64,000 bases of DNA, from positions 132,060,001 to 132,124,000 of the forward strand of contig OZ024742.1 of the NCBI GenBank assembly GCA_964016885.1, in the 5' to 3' direction. The stretch is from Eledone cirrhosa (Eukaryota). This document shows, in pieces, positions 13,245 to 31,143 of the stretch (positions within the stretch are counted from its first letter, which is position 1; every line of letters begins with the position of its first letter). The notes below the pieces were generated by a model. That model had not been told where the DNA came from, searched no databases, and saw nothing but the letters and a program-made list of their open reading frames with translations. Both the position numbers and the translations under genes were made by a program.

Positions 13245-13575
13245 AAAGGTAAAGACGCCCTTCGGTAAGAATGTCCATGGGATTTGCATCTAGAAGCTTC
13301 CCCTCCGAGGCACAAGTGCGGGCAAGGTTGTTTGTGGAAGTCCAGCAGTTTTCCATTCATACTAGTCTCCCCTATCTACGCCACCAATGTTGTCCAAGGG
13401 TAAGGCAAAGGCCGATACAGCTTGTCACCAGTGACGTCGCAACTCGTTTCTACAGCTGAGTGAACTGGAAAAACGTGAACTAAAGTGCCTTGCTCAAGAA
13501 CTCAATGAAAAGCCCGAGGCGAGGATCGAACTCCTAACCTCCCGGTTCAAAGCCCGACGTTTTAAGCAGTGCTTA
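13245..13575 (-). mobile_element. tRNA-derived SINE, family 2 (CORE-like)
   Basis: tRNA-like head at right (aggatcgaactc), central aaagtgccttgctcaaga, tail ending at aaaggtaaag. Confidence 0.75.
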
Positions 13576-14364
13576 ACAAACACACATATATATATAATGA
13601 TATATACAGAAATATATATTTGGGGTTGTTCGTATCTAATTATATGTGCAAGTATTCATGTATCGTTGGGAGTCTATATGCGATTGAACAAATACCATTC
13701 AACCATGTTAGAAACGAATTTCTCGTTTGTTAATATATGTCTTTATACTTAACATAAATAGAATCTACTTTAGATCCACGAGTTTCATTATTCATACAGG
13801 TATAATGAAGAGGGCATAGCATATATTATATTACATTTATATTACAGAAATACATGGCAGTACGTACATTTCAGAAAATCACATATATTCATGTTTGCGA
13901 GTACTCAATGTTTACAATGACATGTGCATATGCGGAATAGCCTAAAAGGAGGAATCTCTGCAAAGAACCACAAGCCATCACTTCGGATACAAAACGTATA
14001 AAGCTGTCTCGGGGATAATGATAACGTTGATTTATTTTCAATTTGTGGTTATAGAAATGACACCGTGTGAAGTTCGCTCTCTCTCTCTACTTCAGTTTGT
14101 TCTTGGGGGTTGACACATAACTAGCTTACTTAAATATGCAGAAGCCACATATCGCTTTCAGTCACTTTCCTAAACCGGTACTTGGGGGTGGGACCACAGA
14201 GTAATATATAACTATTTAAATGCTTGCAGTATATGGCATGTGTTGCAAATAACATGCAATGAAAAGGACATTGCTAATAAATAAACAACACCACGAAACT
14301 AACAAACACACAAAGAACAATTACACACACACAAGCACACTCATATGTATCCCCACCATATATA

Positions 14365-14636
14365 GGATGAAGAACTCAGAGCTGTACGGAAGCCTCCCAA
14401 AAGTCAGCCCAAACGTAACACAGAGGAGATTGAGGTTAGCTGGACATGCTCACCGACATCCAAAGTTGTCACAGCACACAGTGCTCTTGTGGGAGCCCCT
14501 AAAGGACACACTGGAAGAGGGAGACCGAGGTTGACATATGTTGATGCCCTAAGGACAGACACTGGTCTCTTGGAGACGCAGAACATGGCAACGATAATGA
14601 GGGACAGAGACCGCTGGAGAGAACTCGTCCATGGAT
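14365..14636 (+). mobile_element. RTE-like LINE 3' fragment
   Basis: RRLRLAGHAHRH..LLWEP..GRGRPRLTYVD..DRDRWRELV. Confidence 0.85.
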
Positions 14637-14653
14637 ATCTGGAATTATACCCA

Positions 14654-14681
<28 letters not shown>

Positions 14682-14684
<3 letters not shown>

Positions 14685-14870
14685 GGAACCAGTAAGACCC
14701 CGACAGCTGAGCTCAAGCCGTTTCGACAGCTAATTCTGAATTAGCCGTCGAAACGGCTTGAGCTCAGCTGTCGGGGTCTTACTGGTTCCTATTACCCACT
14801 CTACTACCCCAAGTATTGAGTACTTTGGTGCGTTATGGTCCACCTGGTTCCTTACCACATTTCCTTCGTT
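14682..14870 (+). mobile_element. Fold-back element family A
   Basis: Near-perfect 110-bp palindrome at 14682-14792 plus the shared tail, flanked by (TA)n. Confidence 0.75.
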
Positions 14871-15202
14871 ATATATATATATATATATATATATAGCCTC
14901 AGACATTTGATGTGTGTCTGAGGGAGTTCGACCTCGTAGCAAGCCCTAGCCTTTGGATGTTGACTTCATTGGAAATATGTCACCGTTTAATAACTGAAAA
15001 ACAGTCTTTGTCCAACGGTTTTTATTTTTTTCAGATAGAAGAAGGGGCCGCGTGATGTGGAAGAACTGAGAAAGCGTGTGTCGCTGGCAGTGCTTCCCAG
15101 CAATGCATACTTCACCTTGGCAACGGCGACTTACTGAGAAGTAACATCCTACCAAGGCTTTGCCCTCTTCTTTCCAACTTGACCTGTTATTATAATACGG
15201 AT

Positions 15203-15420
15203 TCTCATATAGGCACAAGGTCAGCAATTTTGGAAAGTCAATTTTGGAAAGTCGATTAAATCGACCCCAGTGCGTGACCTGTACTTTATTTTATCGACCC
15301 CGTAAGGATGAAAGGCGAAGTTAACTACGGCGGGATTTGAACTCAGATCATAAAGGGCCGTAACTCTATGCTGCAAAGCATGGCGTCCGACCCTCTACCC
15401 ATACTGCCAATCCACCGCCC
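15203..15420 (-). mobile_element. SINE family 1
   Basis: ttttatcgaccccgtaaggatgaaaggc core; ends gccaatccaccgcc. Confidence 0.85.
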
Positions 15421-16444
15421 TACCTTTTATTATAATATGATCTCCCCTTTTATTACTTCTTTTTTTCTTCCAGTTTATTATTTTAAAATGTTTAAAGTTA
15501 CATTTACTAATGTACATATCTGTTCTCTAATAAATATCTTCCTATTTCTATTTTTGTCTTTTAAGATTGCAAATCAGTTGAAAGCAGCAAGGAAGACTAT
15601 AATGCTCTTTACTCAGCAAGAAACAGCCCCATTCTCCTATTATTAAACCTACGGTCTTTAAGAAATAAGTCTGCCTAAAAAATGATTTGATAATACTGAC
15701 ATTAAACAGTTCGTAGATAGGTTTGCTCGGTTAGGACTGACCTATGGTTCAACAATAACAATAATAGTTTATCGCATGACTGAATGCGTTGTGTCTTCTA
15801 ATGTACTCCACTCTATTAAAAGACTTACACTCACAAACGCACACACACACATATATGCCTAGTGATATTTAGTCGTCCACTGACACACATTCATATACTA
15901 CCATGTCCATAAACGTATTGTTTCTCAGACATACATATACACACTATGACACCTAGCGATATATACATACTTTTACAAATTCTCACACGCTACTACAACC
16001 TCACACTCTCAGCTCACATATTTAACACGTATCTCTAAAAGTGCTGTCGAGGTGTGAAGTTGAACTTAACATTGTAAATTGTTAAAATATCCAGTAATTC
16101 TGGACCATTATTTCATATAAATATGATAATACCCTCTACCCAGTTTTAACACCAGATTTCCCCTTTAACTTAACACCATTCCTGTAAATATTCTAACCCC
16201 TTATGAAGTGTTAACCACCCACATTCTTGATTCCCTTATCTTGCACTATTGTCTGAGTAGTTGCATTCTTTGAATATATCCCCTCATACGATTACTTGAA
16301 TTTACCTTTTGCGAACAATTCCATTAATCCCTTGATAGACACGGATTGTACTTATAAAGCCAAATCTAACATTTGATTTACAAATTGATAACGCCACCAC
16401 CATTGGAAATTTAAATTAATGTTTTATATATATCGTTTTCATCT

Positions 16445-16565
16445 CTAAACCCTGGTGCCAAAGGGAAAGAGATATAGAGGAAATATTGAGCCCGGTACTA
16501 GAATGGTACTCTCTTTTTCGACTTCGAATGAATGAAAGGCAAAGTTGACCTCGGCAGATATTAAA
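16445..16565 (-). mobile_element. SINE family 1, diverged fragment
   Basis: atgaaaggcaaagttgacctcggc. Confidence 0.6.
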
Positions 16566-16601
16566 CTTTTCTTCTCTTGTTACATCCCTATTACCTTCTT
16601 A

Positions 16602-16686
<85 letters not shown>

Positions 16687-17424
16687 CATAATAGTAAGTG
16701 AAAACAAACTATACGAATTAATAGTTGGATTAACAGTGGTTTCATTAGACATAAAGAAACATTTTTTATAGGTGGTTAGTTAAGAGGAGAAATGTCATTG
16801 TTGCCCCATTAGGCAGATAGCGGCTGTTATACAGCAGAACTCTCTGCATTCATATTGACAACAATTTAGAGGCCATCACCTGCACATGTATTAAGGTCAA
16901 TTTGACAAATGCCAATCCTTGGGATATATAAGAGGTCAATGATGTGAAAAATTGTAATATCTCCAATGATATAAACACGTTATGTAACTATCTCTGTGAG
17001 TCGATAACGCAAGATTTTGCAGTATGTGGACATCTCACAAAGGCAAACCTGGAAATAGTGGGATCTATGCGGTTGGATTAACAGAAAGTTAGAGCAAACT
17101 TGCACGGCATGGAGGAGGAGGGTTAATCGAAATTCATGTGATTATATTTTTACCGGAAAATGGTTATATGATAAATAAAGGTACAGAATATTTTGACGAT
17201 GGATGTATTTATGGAATAACACTATATGATGTTTTATTCTCATTCTGTTGGTGACATTTACAGTTAAGCTGTACTTAATTTTCTATGTAAATCCACCACA
17301 TTTCATGCACACACACATACAAACATATACACACACATATAGTCACACACACTCAACACACACACGCACGTATAAATAATTAAATAAATAAATATATATA
17401 TTTATATATATCTAGGACGGGTAA

Positions 17425-17765
17425 AATTCCATGGACGAGTTCTCTCCAGCGGTCTCTGTTCCTCATTATCGCTGCCATGTCCTGCGTCTCCAAGAGACCA
17501 GTGTCTGTCCTTAGGGCATCAACATATGTTAACCTCGGTCTTCCTCTACCTGTGTGTCCATGCAGGGGCTCCCACAGGAGTACTGAGTGCAGTGTCAACT
17601 CTGGATGTCGGTGAGCATGTCTAGCTAACCTCAATCTCCTTTGTGCTACTCTCGAGCTGACTTTTGGGAGGCTCCTGTACAGCTTTGTGTTCTTCATGCT
17701 CAGTGTATACTGATTAATGTTCAGAGCCATCATCAGCATTCTCGTGTAGCACCCATCCACCATCT
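17425..17765 (-). mobile_element. RTE-like LINE 3' fragment
   Basis: VDGCYTRMLMMALNI..RRLRLARHAHRH..GRGRPRLTYVD; same family as 14365. Confidence 0.85.
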
Positions 17766-18212
17766 CAGAGTATATATCTATATATTTAGGTAAAAAGTAA
17801 AAAAGCGAAAAGTGTTTATATGTATATATATATGGATAAAAAGTAAAAAAGTTAAAAGCGCTGGAGTATATTTAAAGATTATTTCTTTCTTGAATACGAC
17901 GGAATAAATTCATATCTATCTGTTAACATTAAATTTAAATTTTATCAAATATTTCCGAATTCGTTATGTTTTTCAATCTTATACTATATATGTTTTTAAA
18001 TGTGTTCTCATATTGTGTAGGCAGTTAGAACATGTATTATAACTAGCCACAGAATATGAGAACAAGCTATCTTAATAATAACAATCAAAACCTGTAATAT
18101 TCGAAACATAATTTAATTTAAAACCATATACCCCTGAGCTTTTCCACTTTTCACATTTTACCAATAATCTTTGAATTCTATGGAACCTAAGTCCATTATA
18201 TGTCTTTTAAGC

Positions 18213-18243
<31 letters not shown>

Positions 18244-18562
18244 GTAAGTCCAAAGAATCATTAGATAAAATATATACAGTATTTCCTCTCCCAATCAGTA
18301 TAAATTAACCACACAAAAAAATCATTTAAACGAGGCTATAAGTTTAAAATGTGCTTATAAAGAAATAATAGACAAATGATAGAGATTTTTTTCCACGATG
18401 TGTCATTTACCTAGTATTTCTCCTAGCCTGTAGAGATTGACTAGACAAATAGTTAACTACACGGATTTATATATTATATATATATGTATGTGTGTGTGTG
18501 TGTGTGTGTGTCTCTCTATCTCTCTCTCTCTGGGTGTGCATGCGTGCGCGTATGTATATATG

Positions 18563-18770
18563 TAACGAAAGACCTTTGACAATATATAAACAAGCATCCG
18601 GTTATCGAACAACCATCCAACCAGCCAACCAGAAATTTATAATAAATTGAAGTGAAACTATGAGGTGCGTGTGTCTTTGTTAGCAGCATGACCTTACCAA
18701 AGTATAACAATGTGTTTCAACACATGTTTTCAGATATGAAATCTTGCAAAACAAATTCAAAAACGAAATA
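18563..18770 (+). mobile_element. PLE family B pLTR fragment
   Basis: Homologous to 10181-10408; begins at acGAAAgacctttgac. Confidence 0.8.
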
Positions 18771-19527
18771 TTTATATATATCTATATCTATATCTATCTC
18801 TCTCTCTCTATATATATATATTTATATATATACATATGCGTGTGTGTGTGTGTGTGTGTATACGTACGTATGTTGGTAGGTTTTGTGATATGTGTGTGGC
18901 AAAAGATAGTATATTAATTGCCGATACAGAAATTCATATTTGAACAATGCGTCACAAAATCTGAATTTGAAAGAAAACAAATGTTTAAGGAAACTGTAGA
19001 AACTACTGCTGACAAATCTAAGGACGATGAAGATAGAGACATAGATAGCTTGAACGATAGACATAAACGAATTTATAATAGAAATATATACAAAGGAAAT
19101 ATAATTCAAAGAGAGAGAAAGATAAAGAGAGAAAAAAAAAGAAAGATATAAAACGTGAAGTAGTAGTAGTAGCTTGAGCAGCAGCAGTACTAGTTGTAGT
19201 AGTAGTAGTAGTAGCAGCAGCAGTAGGAGTAGTACCAGTACAATTAGTAATAGTAGTAGTAGTAGTTGTAGAAAAAACAATATGTGTAAAAAGAGAGATA
19301 CGGAAGAGAAAAGACAGTAAAAAATAGTCGCCATAGTGAGAATGATGGCGGAAGAATTTAATATATATATATATATAGGGCGGTGCCCCAGCATGGCCTC
19401 AGCCGGATGGCTGAAACAGGTAAAAGAGTATATAAGTGACTATAAATATGAGAGTAGACACAGAATACATTATATATATATATATATGTGTGTGTGTGTA
19501 TGTGTTTGTATATATATATATATATAT

Positions 19528-20149
19528 TTATTAAAATAACAGATTATTTAGGTTTAAGCAAAGAATCGCTGATTTCACCCTTAACGGGATCTTCTGAAAC
19601 TAACAAAGTCAATCTGTGAACGCAGAAGTGAATATTTCAAAAAACGTTGGAACCGAAGGAAGACAGGAAGACGATACTTTGGTTCGTGGAAACGTTCCCT
19701 GGCAAAGAAAGGGAAAAAACGAATATAATACGTCATTATTTGGATCGGTGAAAAACAATTATACGCAGAGACAAAACCACGTTTATGGTATAAAAGAAGT
19801 CGTAGACTAATGTTCTATTAGGTGGTTCATAGAGACGTTCTCTGGCAATGAACGGAAAAAACGAAGATAATACGTCATATGTGGGGCGTGGAAAACAATT
19901 GCACGCAAAGACAAAACCACGTAAATGGTATAACTGAAGTCGTAGACTAAAATTCTAATTAGGAAACCGAATGATTCTCGGCTTCAGAGTTAAGAATAAA
20001 GTAAATAAACGGGTGAAAGCAGCGATTTTTGCTTAAACTTTAATCTGTTATTTTAATAAATATTTGCTCTACGGTTCTTATATATTTGATATAGATTTTT
20101 ACTTATCGAGTCCTCTTTGGATTTTAGTCTTCAAATTTATTATTATTAC

Positions 20150-20150
<1 letters not shown>
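19528..20150. mobile_element. Solo, rearranged pLTR of the 34-37 kb PLE
   Basis: Matches 33964-34397 and 37205-37690; inverted arms at 19530-19582 and 20010-20059; flanked by (TA)n. A further fragment lies at 321-399. Confidence 0.85.
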
Positions 20151-23510
<3,360 letters not shown>

Positions 23511-25040
23511 TGCATACAAATATATTCTTGATGTTTTCGCCTTCATTACTTGTGGCTATTACTAATATTTCTAAGTCGTCATTATGTATGTAGGAATCGA
23601 ATATACATGGAGACAATTACAAAACAAACACACAGATATAGGTACGCACCCGTAATTCACAAAAGAAAGAAGGTTGCCTTGTCGAAAAGACACATGTCTC
23701 TCAGATCTATGAACAGTAAAATTTGAGACAAGATTGTCTTATGTTTCGCTTCTCTCTGGGGACGTAATATGCCGATAGGAACAGATTATCCAATATGCAC
23801 TTTTGTAACCAAATAGGGTGTTATCTGAAGGATATTTCTTTGCTATTTCTAGCCGTTCTCTATAAATTGGGAAGCAAGGGGATAGTAACTACTTGAATGC
23901 CTCTGATCCTATATCTGTTGAATTATAGTTAATAGGAAGCTAACATGGTCACTGAACCTCCTTGAAATAATAACGTTGCCTCCATTGAATTACATAACTT
24001 ATATGTAAAAAGGAATGGACACATTACTAACTTCAAGGACCGAAAAAAAATAAATTAATAGCTAGAATGCTTTTATTCTTATATCTATTTAATCGCGACT
24101 GGCCTAGAGCTAAAAAAAGCAACAACAATAAAAATAAAAATTGTAATACATGCTTTAAATGGTGTTATTTACATCAGAGACGTTTACAATCAAGTGTTAT
24201 ACCATAGCCTGGACACGATCCATGTCTTATTAGTGAATTTGGATAAAGGGGAAACTCTTTTGAAACAAGTCGAATCGACTGTAACTATAATTCAAAACAA
24301 CCACCCTTGTCACAAGCGGTGTTCCTATCAATTCTCACTGTGAAGGATATTAAATGTGCATGTCTCTTTGGAATGTACAACTTTGACGTTAATTTCATGA
24401 ACTATCATGGGCATTCTCTTCATTTGCTTCAACAATTGGATAACTCATCCTCGAAACAGACACAACTCCCCCTGAAATCTTTACTTCAAGATGGTTAACT
24501 TCATCACTTAATTACGAAACACATAAAGCAATAAAAACAGACTTGGTAGTATTGATCGAACCCCCCTGAAATTAATCACTCATAACGACAGTAACTTAAT
24601 AATACATACATATTATATGCGAGCATAGTGGTTAGCGCTTTGGCTATTTATTTCTTGTTTATGCTTTCAGAGCTCAAATACCACTGATATCTACTTTGCT
24701 CTTCATCATTTCAGAGTTGATGAAGGAAGAATCTTCCTAGTTCTGGAGCAGATTTCTCGTATTCAAGCTGGTATATCCCGGATGTTCCGTCGGAGAAAAT
24801 GAGGTCTGATCCACCGAAACGAATGAGGGGTGGTTAAGAGGGGATAACACATTATACTAGTTAATGATATATTTAATAATTATATGAGTATTGAAGATAT
24901 ACTACTTAAAAATAGAGAGTGAGGTAATGGCTAATATATATTATAATATTAGCAAAAGTAAATCTAAATAAATTGAGCACACCTACTTTATAAACTTTTG
25001 TAATACCTATGATATATGATTATTTACTAATTACGACATA

Positions 25041-25926
25041 CGAGGTGTGTCAGAACGGTTCCAGGACTGATATCACAACATATTTATTTCAAACCCAAAC
25101 TTCACACTAAGTGTTTTCTCCTTCAAAGTCATTCCCCTGGAGTATGTAACTGCAATCTTAGCTCTCTGCAGCGATCAAACTTTTTTCTTCATGATTTTAT
25201 ATACATGTCCTCTGTTTCAGGTCGTCAAGCAATGAGCACAGAGCAACGAACAAACTTGATGTTTCTGGTACGGTTGGGGAAAACTCCGACAGAATCACTG
25301 GGATTGCTGCAGCAAGTGTATAGAGATGAAACGATGTCACACTCACGTGTTTTTGAGTGGTGCAAGATGACCCCAGGAGCGGAAGGCCCCCAACAAACAG
25401 GACTGGCGTCAACGTTGAGCACGTCAGTCAGATGGTACGAAGCGATCGTCAGCTGTCTGTTCGACTGATGGCAAATGAGCAGGGCATGAATCGGGACAGC
25501 GTCTGGAAGATTCTCACTGAAGATTTGGACATGCGGAAAGTCTGCGCGAAGATGGTGCCAAAACTACTGAACGATGACCAGAAGGGTCAACGCATGCAAG
25601 TGTGCCGGCACATCCTCGAGCGCCTTGAAATAGAACCAGACTTGCTAGGGACATTTGTCACCGGTGATGAGTCATGGATCTTCGAGTACGCCTCGGAGGG
25701 GACCCGTTTTGAAGACGTGGACGACATCAAAAAGGCTGTGACAACGGAACTGCGGAGGATCCCGAAAGAATCCTTCCAGGAGTGCATGCAAGTGTGGCAG
25801 ATAAGGATGGAAAGGTGCATTAGACTCCAGGGGTATTAGTTTGAAGGTGAACACTCTTAGTGTGAAGTTTGGTTTTGAAATAACTCTTTTGTAACATCAG
25901 TCCTGGAACTTTTCTGACACACCTCG
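25041..25926 (+). mobile_element. Internally deleted mariner transposon
   Basis: TIRs cgaggtgtgtcagaacggttccaggactga / tcagtcctggaacttttctgacacacctcg with TA duplication. Transposase remnants DDPRSGRP, KMVPKLL, VTGDESW are fused directly to GTRFEDVDDIK. Confidence 0.95.
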
Positions 25927-28420
25927 TATGTCTTGCACTATACTTAACATTTCTATTGCAGCATGTTTCTCTGTAGCAGAAGGTTTGTTAACTTGTTTAT
26001 GCTTTTAGTTGCTCCAAAATTCTATTTTATTGCATTTATATGCTCATAAATTTCGTAAGTTTCTCCTGAATTTGCTAGCTTTTCTTATATAAATGTTCAT
26101 ACACTTACTTCCCATATGATGTAACATCCTAATGTTCTTATGACAAACTTCTGATATTATATTTGTGTTTCAACCTTTAATATATACTCCGATGAAGTAG
26201 ACTTCCGTTAGGATGAAACGATCGTAAATGATTAAATGTTCTAAACACTCTTTGATTGTTGTTCATAATATTACCCACATTATATATATGTATATATCCC
26301 AGTACAAACAAGGGTAAGTATTTGACAACGCCAACTCCTGCTCCTTGGCGGTTGTCAAAGCCGCACATCCACCCTGTCTCCGCTGAGACAAAAATAAGTT
26401 AGAAGCCCACAAACTTCTACTCCATGAGCCAATGAAGCTCATCCGCGTACATCCATTTATGGGTGTGCGCGCGTGTGTGTATAGGCTGTTAGATTCTTAG
26501 TAAAGCCTGTAAAATTATCCGTACTCATATATTGTTTTCATATGTTTTTTAATACTGGGAGATTTTGCCTGCATTTAGATTTATTGTCATGTCTACAGTA
26601 TTTGCTATCATTGTTCGTTTAAAAGAAAGGTTTTTGAGATAGACAAATAATGTATCTCTGCCGAACGGGATGAATAAGCCGATATGTGAGCTTTTTGATG
26701 ACGTGAAAGCAATTAATAATAGCGACGATGTAGTTCTACTGTTTTAGTTTCGAAGTACACTTAACTTCAAGGTTAATTGCGATGCAAATGAATTTGTGTT
26801 TCTCCATCCAATTTGAAGGGATGGTTAGTACCTTAAATAGGATTGGAAAGGGAATTAAACTTATTGACGCTAATTGTGTTTTAAAGTTTCTGCACAGCAC
26901 ATAATTGACACGAATTCTAATTTAGCTGAGCACTTAGAACCTTTGCTCAATTAGGCCTTGTCGTATTGATAGTGGGACTATTTGTGTATGTTAGAGTAAT
27001 GTTATTTGTAAGAAGTTCTGCCTCCTAAATATATCTAATTTCTATATATGATTCCTTATATGCTGGAAGGATTTGTTTTACTTTCAAAGTCGTAATCACT
27101 TAACTCAGTTGGATGAGGTCACAACCGAAGTTTCATTGTCTTTGATTTGGTGAGGAGTCATATATAATAGGACGCACACAAGCTCAAATACATACACAAA
27201 AAGAAGATCTAACACATTCATACACTTATATATGATAAAGAGTAGACACATTTAAACTTCCCATAGCACAGCTTAACTTTATCTTTTAAATACAGATCTT
27301 CAGCTAAAGATTTTTGTATCTATTTAAAATTTAGCTCACGCCCTGTTCAGAATCATATGTGAAATAAATGAACGGACAGAAGAATCACAAATATTCACAT
27401 ATAAATAATACAATAAGAAATTTAAGGCTTTTTCTCTACTAGACTATACTTTACAAATGGCGTCCATGTCAATCTTATGCATTTTGATTTATCTTTAATA
27501 CCTCCTATCATCAAAGCCCCAACTTTCATTCCTCTATCATCATTACCTAGTGAATCTTTATGTTTATTTCCTTTCATATTCACTTCAATCATATTCAGCC
27601 CTTTATCAATCACAAAATGGATAAAATGAGGGCCCAATGTGAGACTGACCTATAAGTGACAGTCGAAAGTATTACTAGAAGATGAACGTAATGTAAGGTC
27701 TCAATAGTTTAATATAGAAAGGTACACATCATCTCACATCTAGAGGTAAAGGGTCCTTAACTTCTCGTGGATACTAGTGTTGCCGTCATGTCACCCGGGG
27801 GGAGGGGGGGGGGGGGGGGTCATGAAAAGTTTAACGCTGGCGAGGCTCATCCGTCTCTTGCTCGGAACACCGCCTATGCATTTCAGAGAAGGAGAACAGG
27901 GAAGGTAAGTGATGGAGAGATATAGCAATAGAGCGAAAGAAAGAATGGAAAATGTAGAATAATAAAGTGCGGTAGAGGAGGGATCGATTTCAGCACTGGA
28001 CAGGTACTGTATTTATCGATATGAAATAGATGACAGGCAAAGATGAACTCGGATGATTGATCTACTGAGATAGTGACGAAGTTATAAAATCTAAAATAGC
28101 CACTGGCTATGACTGTGTTAACTAGAGACATATGAACTTCACAGACAATATCAATTCATCTAATCGAAGTATTTATTCATGTAGATTTTGTCATACCTAA
28201 TTATAATTACTTGGTCTCAGACACACGCATTCTCAAACACACACACACACACACAAACATACACATGCACACATACATACACACACAGACATACATAGAC
28301 ACACACAAACATAAAAAAACAAGCATACACAAGCATACACACACATACACACACACAAATATACACACACGTATACACAGGCATACACCCCCACCCCCAC
28401 ACATAAACACACACACACAC

Positions 28421-28465
<45 letters not shown>

Positions 28466-28545
28466 GCTGTAGGCAGCTCTTTTGTTTTCATAGCAATAAC
28501 CTTCCTATCGATCTATAGATGTATCTGCGCCATTGTATGTGTATG

Positions 28546-28605
<60 letters not shown>

Positions 28606-28654
28606 TATATATGTATATAAAATATATATATTTATATAATATATATATATATAA

Positions 28655-28753
28655 TTATTTCTACTTTTGGCACAAGGCCAACAATTATCCTAGTGCATTA
28701 CTGGTACTTTATTTTATCGACCCCGTAAGGATGAAAGGCAAAGTTAACCTCGC
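28655..28753 (-). mobile_element. SINE family 1, partial
   Basis: Same core sequence. Confidence 0.8.
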
Positions 28754-29079
28754 CTTCGATCCTTATATATATATATATATAACACAACATACAATGTCTA
28801 CACACGCTGGGACCACTTCAAATCAACCTTCGCTGCCAACATTTACCTCTATACAACGCATGTACACACACATACACAATCACAAACGTACAGACTCGAA
28901 GACATAAAATAATAGAAACGAGTCTTACACATAGACACATACACATACTCAGCCGCAAATCATGTGCACAGACAAAACCAAGAACTGATAGACATACATA
29001 CACTTTCACTAACATTATAAGACTCAGAGACACGCACGTATTCACACACACACACACAAATTGAAGCAATGATCCACAC

Positions 29080-29444
<365 letters not shown>

Positions 29445-30418
29445 ACACACACATACACACATACACACACACACACACACACACATGTATATATTTAAGG
29501 TTTTATCTCGCTATGAAATCTAGTCTTTAACAATTTCCGTCCTCGCGTATATTTTGTGAAGCTACTAGACGTATTTGGAATTCATTTTTTGTTTATAGTA
29601 TTGAGGTTTTATTTTGCGTTTCTGAACACTGTATTTCATCATTTAATTTTAATATATTTTGTGTAGTCATGAGGAGGTGGAGAGAAATTCGCACTAACAC
29701 ATATGACTTATCTGTTTTATTTTTTCTTCCGTGTCAAGAGAAATTGAACGATTCTAATTAAATAAACAACTGTAGTGATTTCTACATTAAATGTTCAATC
29801 AATTTTCTAACATACGCTATGGTCTAGCCTTAATATTTTAAAAGATATTATTGTTTGCTTAAGATTTTACCTGTACAGAAATGGTATATGAATTGGCTTG
29901 AATGTTCAGCTAATGTCGATAATATCCGGTGATAAAAATATTGTGCCAATGCTGAAATATATATGAACAAGTAATATTCTCAGACAGCACACTGTTTCAT
30001 CTAACTATGTAACCACGCCGTGCCTATGTATATTTAAATACCCACTTCATCTGGAAACGTGGGTGTATATCTACGGAATATACAAATCAAATATGTGTAT
30101 TCTAATTGTAGATATTTTGAAATTAAGACACTGTGGTAATTTCACTCACTCTCTCTTCACACACACATACACACTCTCTCTCATTCACACACACTGACAT
30201 TCACACACGCATATATACATATATATGTATATAAATATATGTGTATATGTATATTCATATATACATATATATATATATATACGTATATTTATTTATATAC
30301 ATATATGTATGTGTGTGTGAGAGTGTGTGTGTGTGTGAGTGTGTGTGTGTGTGTGTGTGTGAATGAGAGTGAGTGTGTCTATGTGTGCATGTGTGTGTGC
30401 GTGTGTGTGTGTGTGTGT

Positions 30419-30485
<67 letters not shown>

Positions 30486-30904
30486 TGTGTGTGTGTGTGT
30501 GTGAAGAGCGAGTGTGTAAAATTACCACAGTGTCTTAATTTCAAAATATGTACAATTAGAATACACATATTTGATTTGTATATTGATATGCATATATACG
30601 TCTGTGATTGTACGTGTGTATGTGCATATTGCCATGAATCAGATAGTGCAATGTAGATGTGCATGGGTGCAAATGGATGAAATTAAGATAATTATATATG
30701 ATTGTGTAGTGATTCGCTTGCAGCATTAATGTATATTATTAGTTATATACATATATTTTCAGTAGATCTTTATCTCCATCTCTGTCTTAATTCATACTTT
30801 CTCCTTCAATCACTATCCCTATCTCTATACTCATTCAAACACAAACACATATCATCATCATCATTATCATCATCGTGTAACGTCCATCTTCCACGCTAGC
30901 ATGG

Positions 30905-30950
<46 letters not shown>

Positions 30951-31143
30951 CTCCCTCTATATATATATATATAGACCCATGCTAGCGTGGAAGATGGACG
31001 TTACACGATGATGATAATGATGATGATGATATGTGTTTGTGTTGTTATACACATATATACATATATGTATATAAAGAAAAAAATATAATTTCAGCGAGAT
31101 CGTATTTCGGCGGTGGTCAAAAGGAAACGGAAAGAAACGCATT

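Noticed and set aside
15566-15670. Possible exon after ttttgtcttttaag
   Set aside because: No convincing donor site or recognisable peptide.
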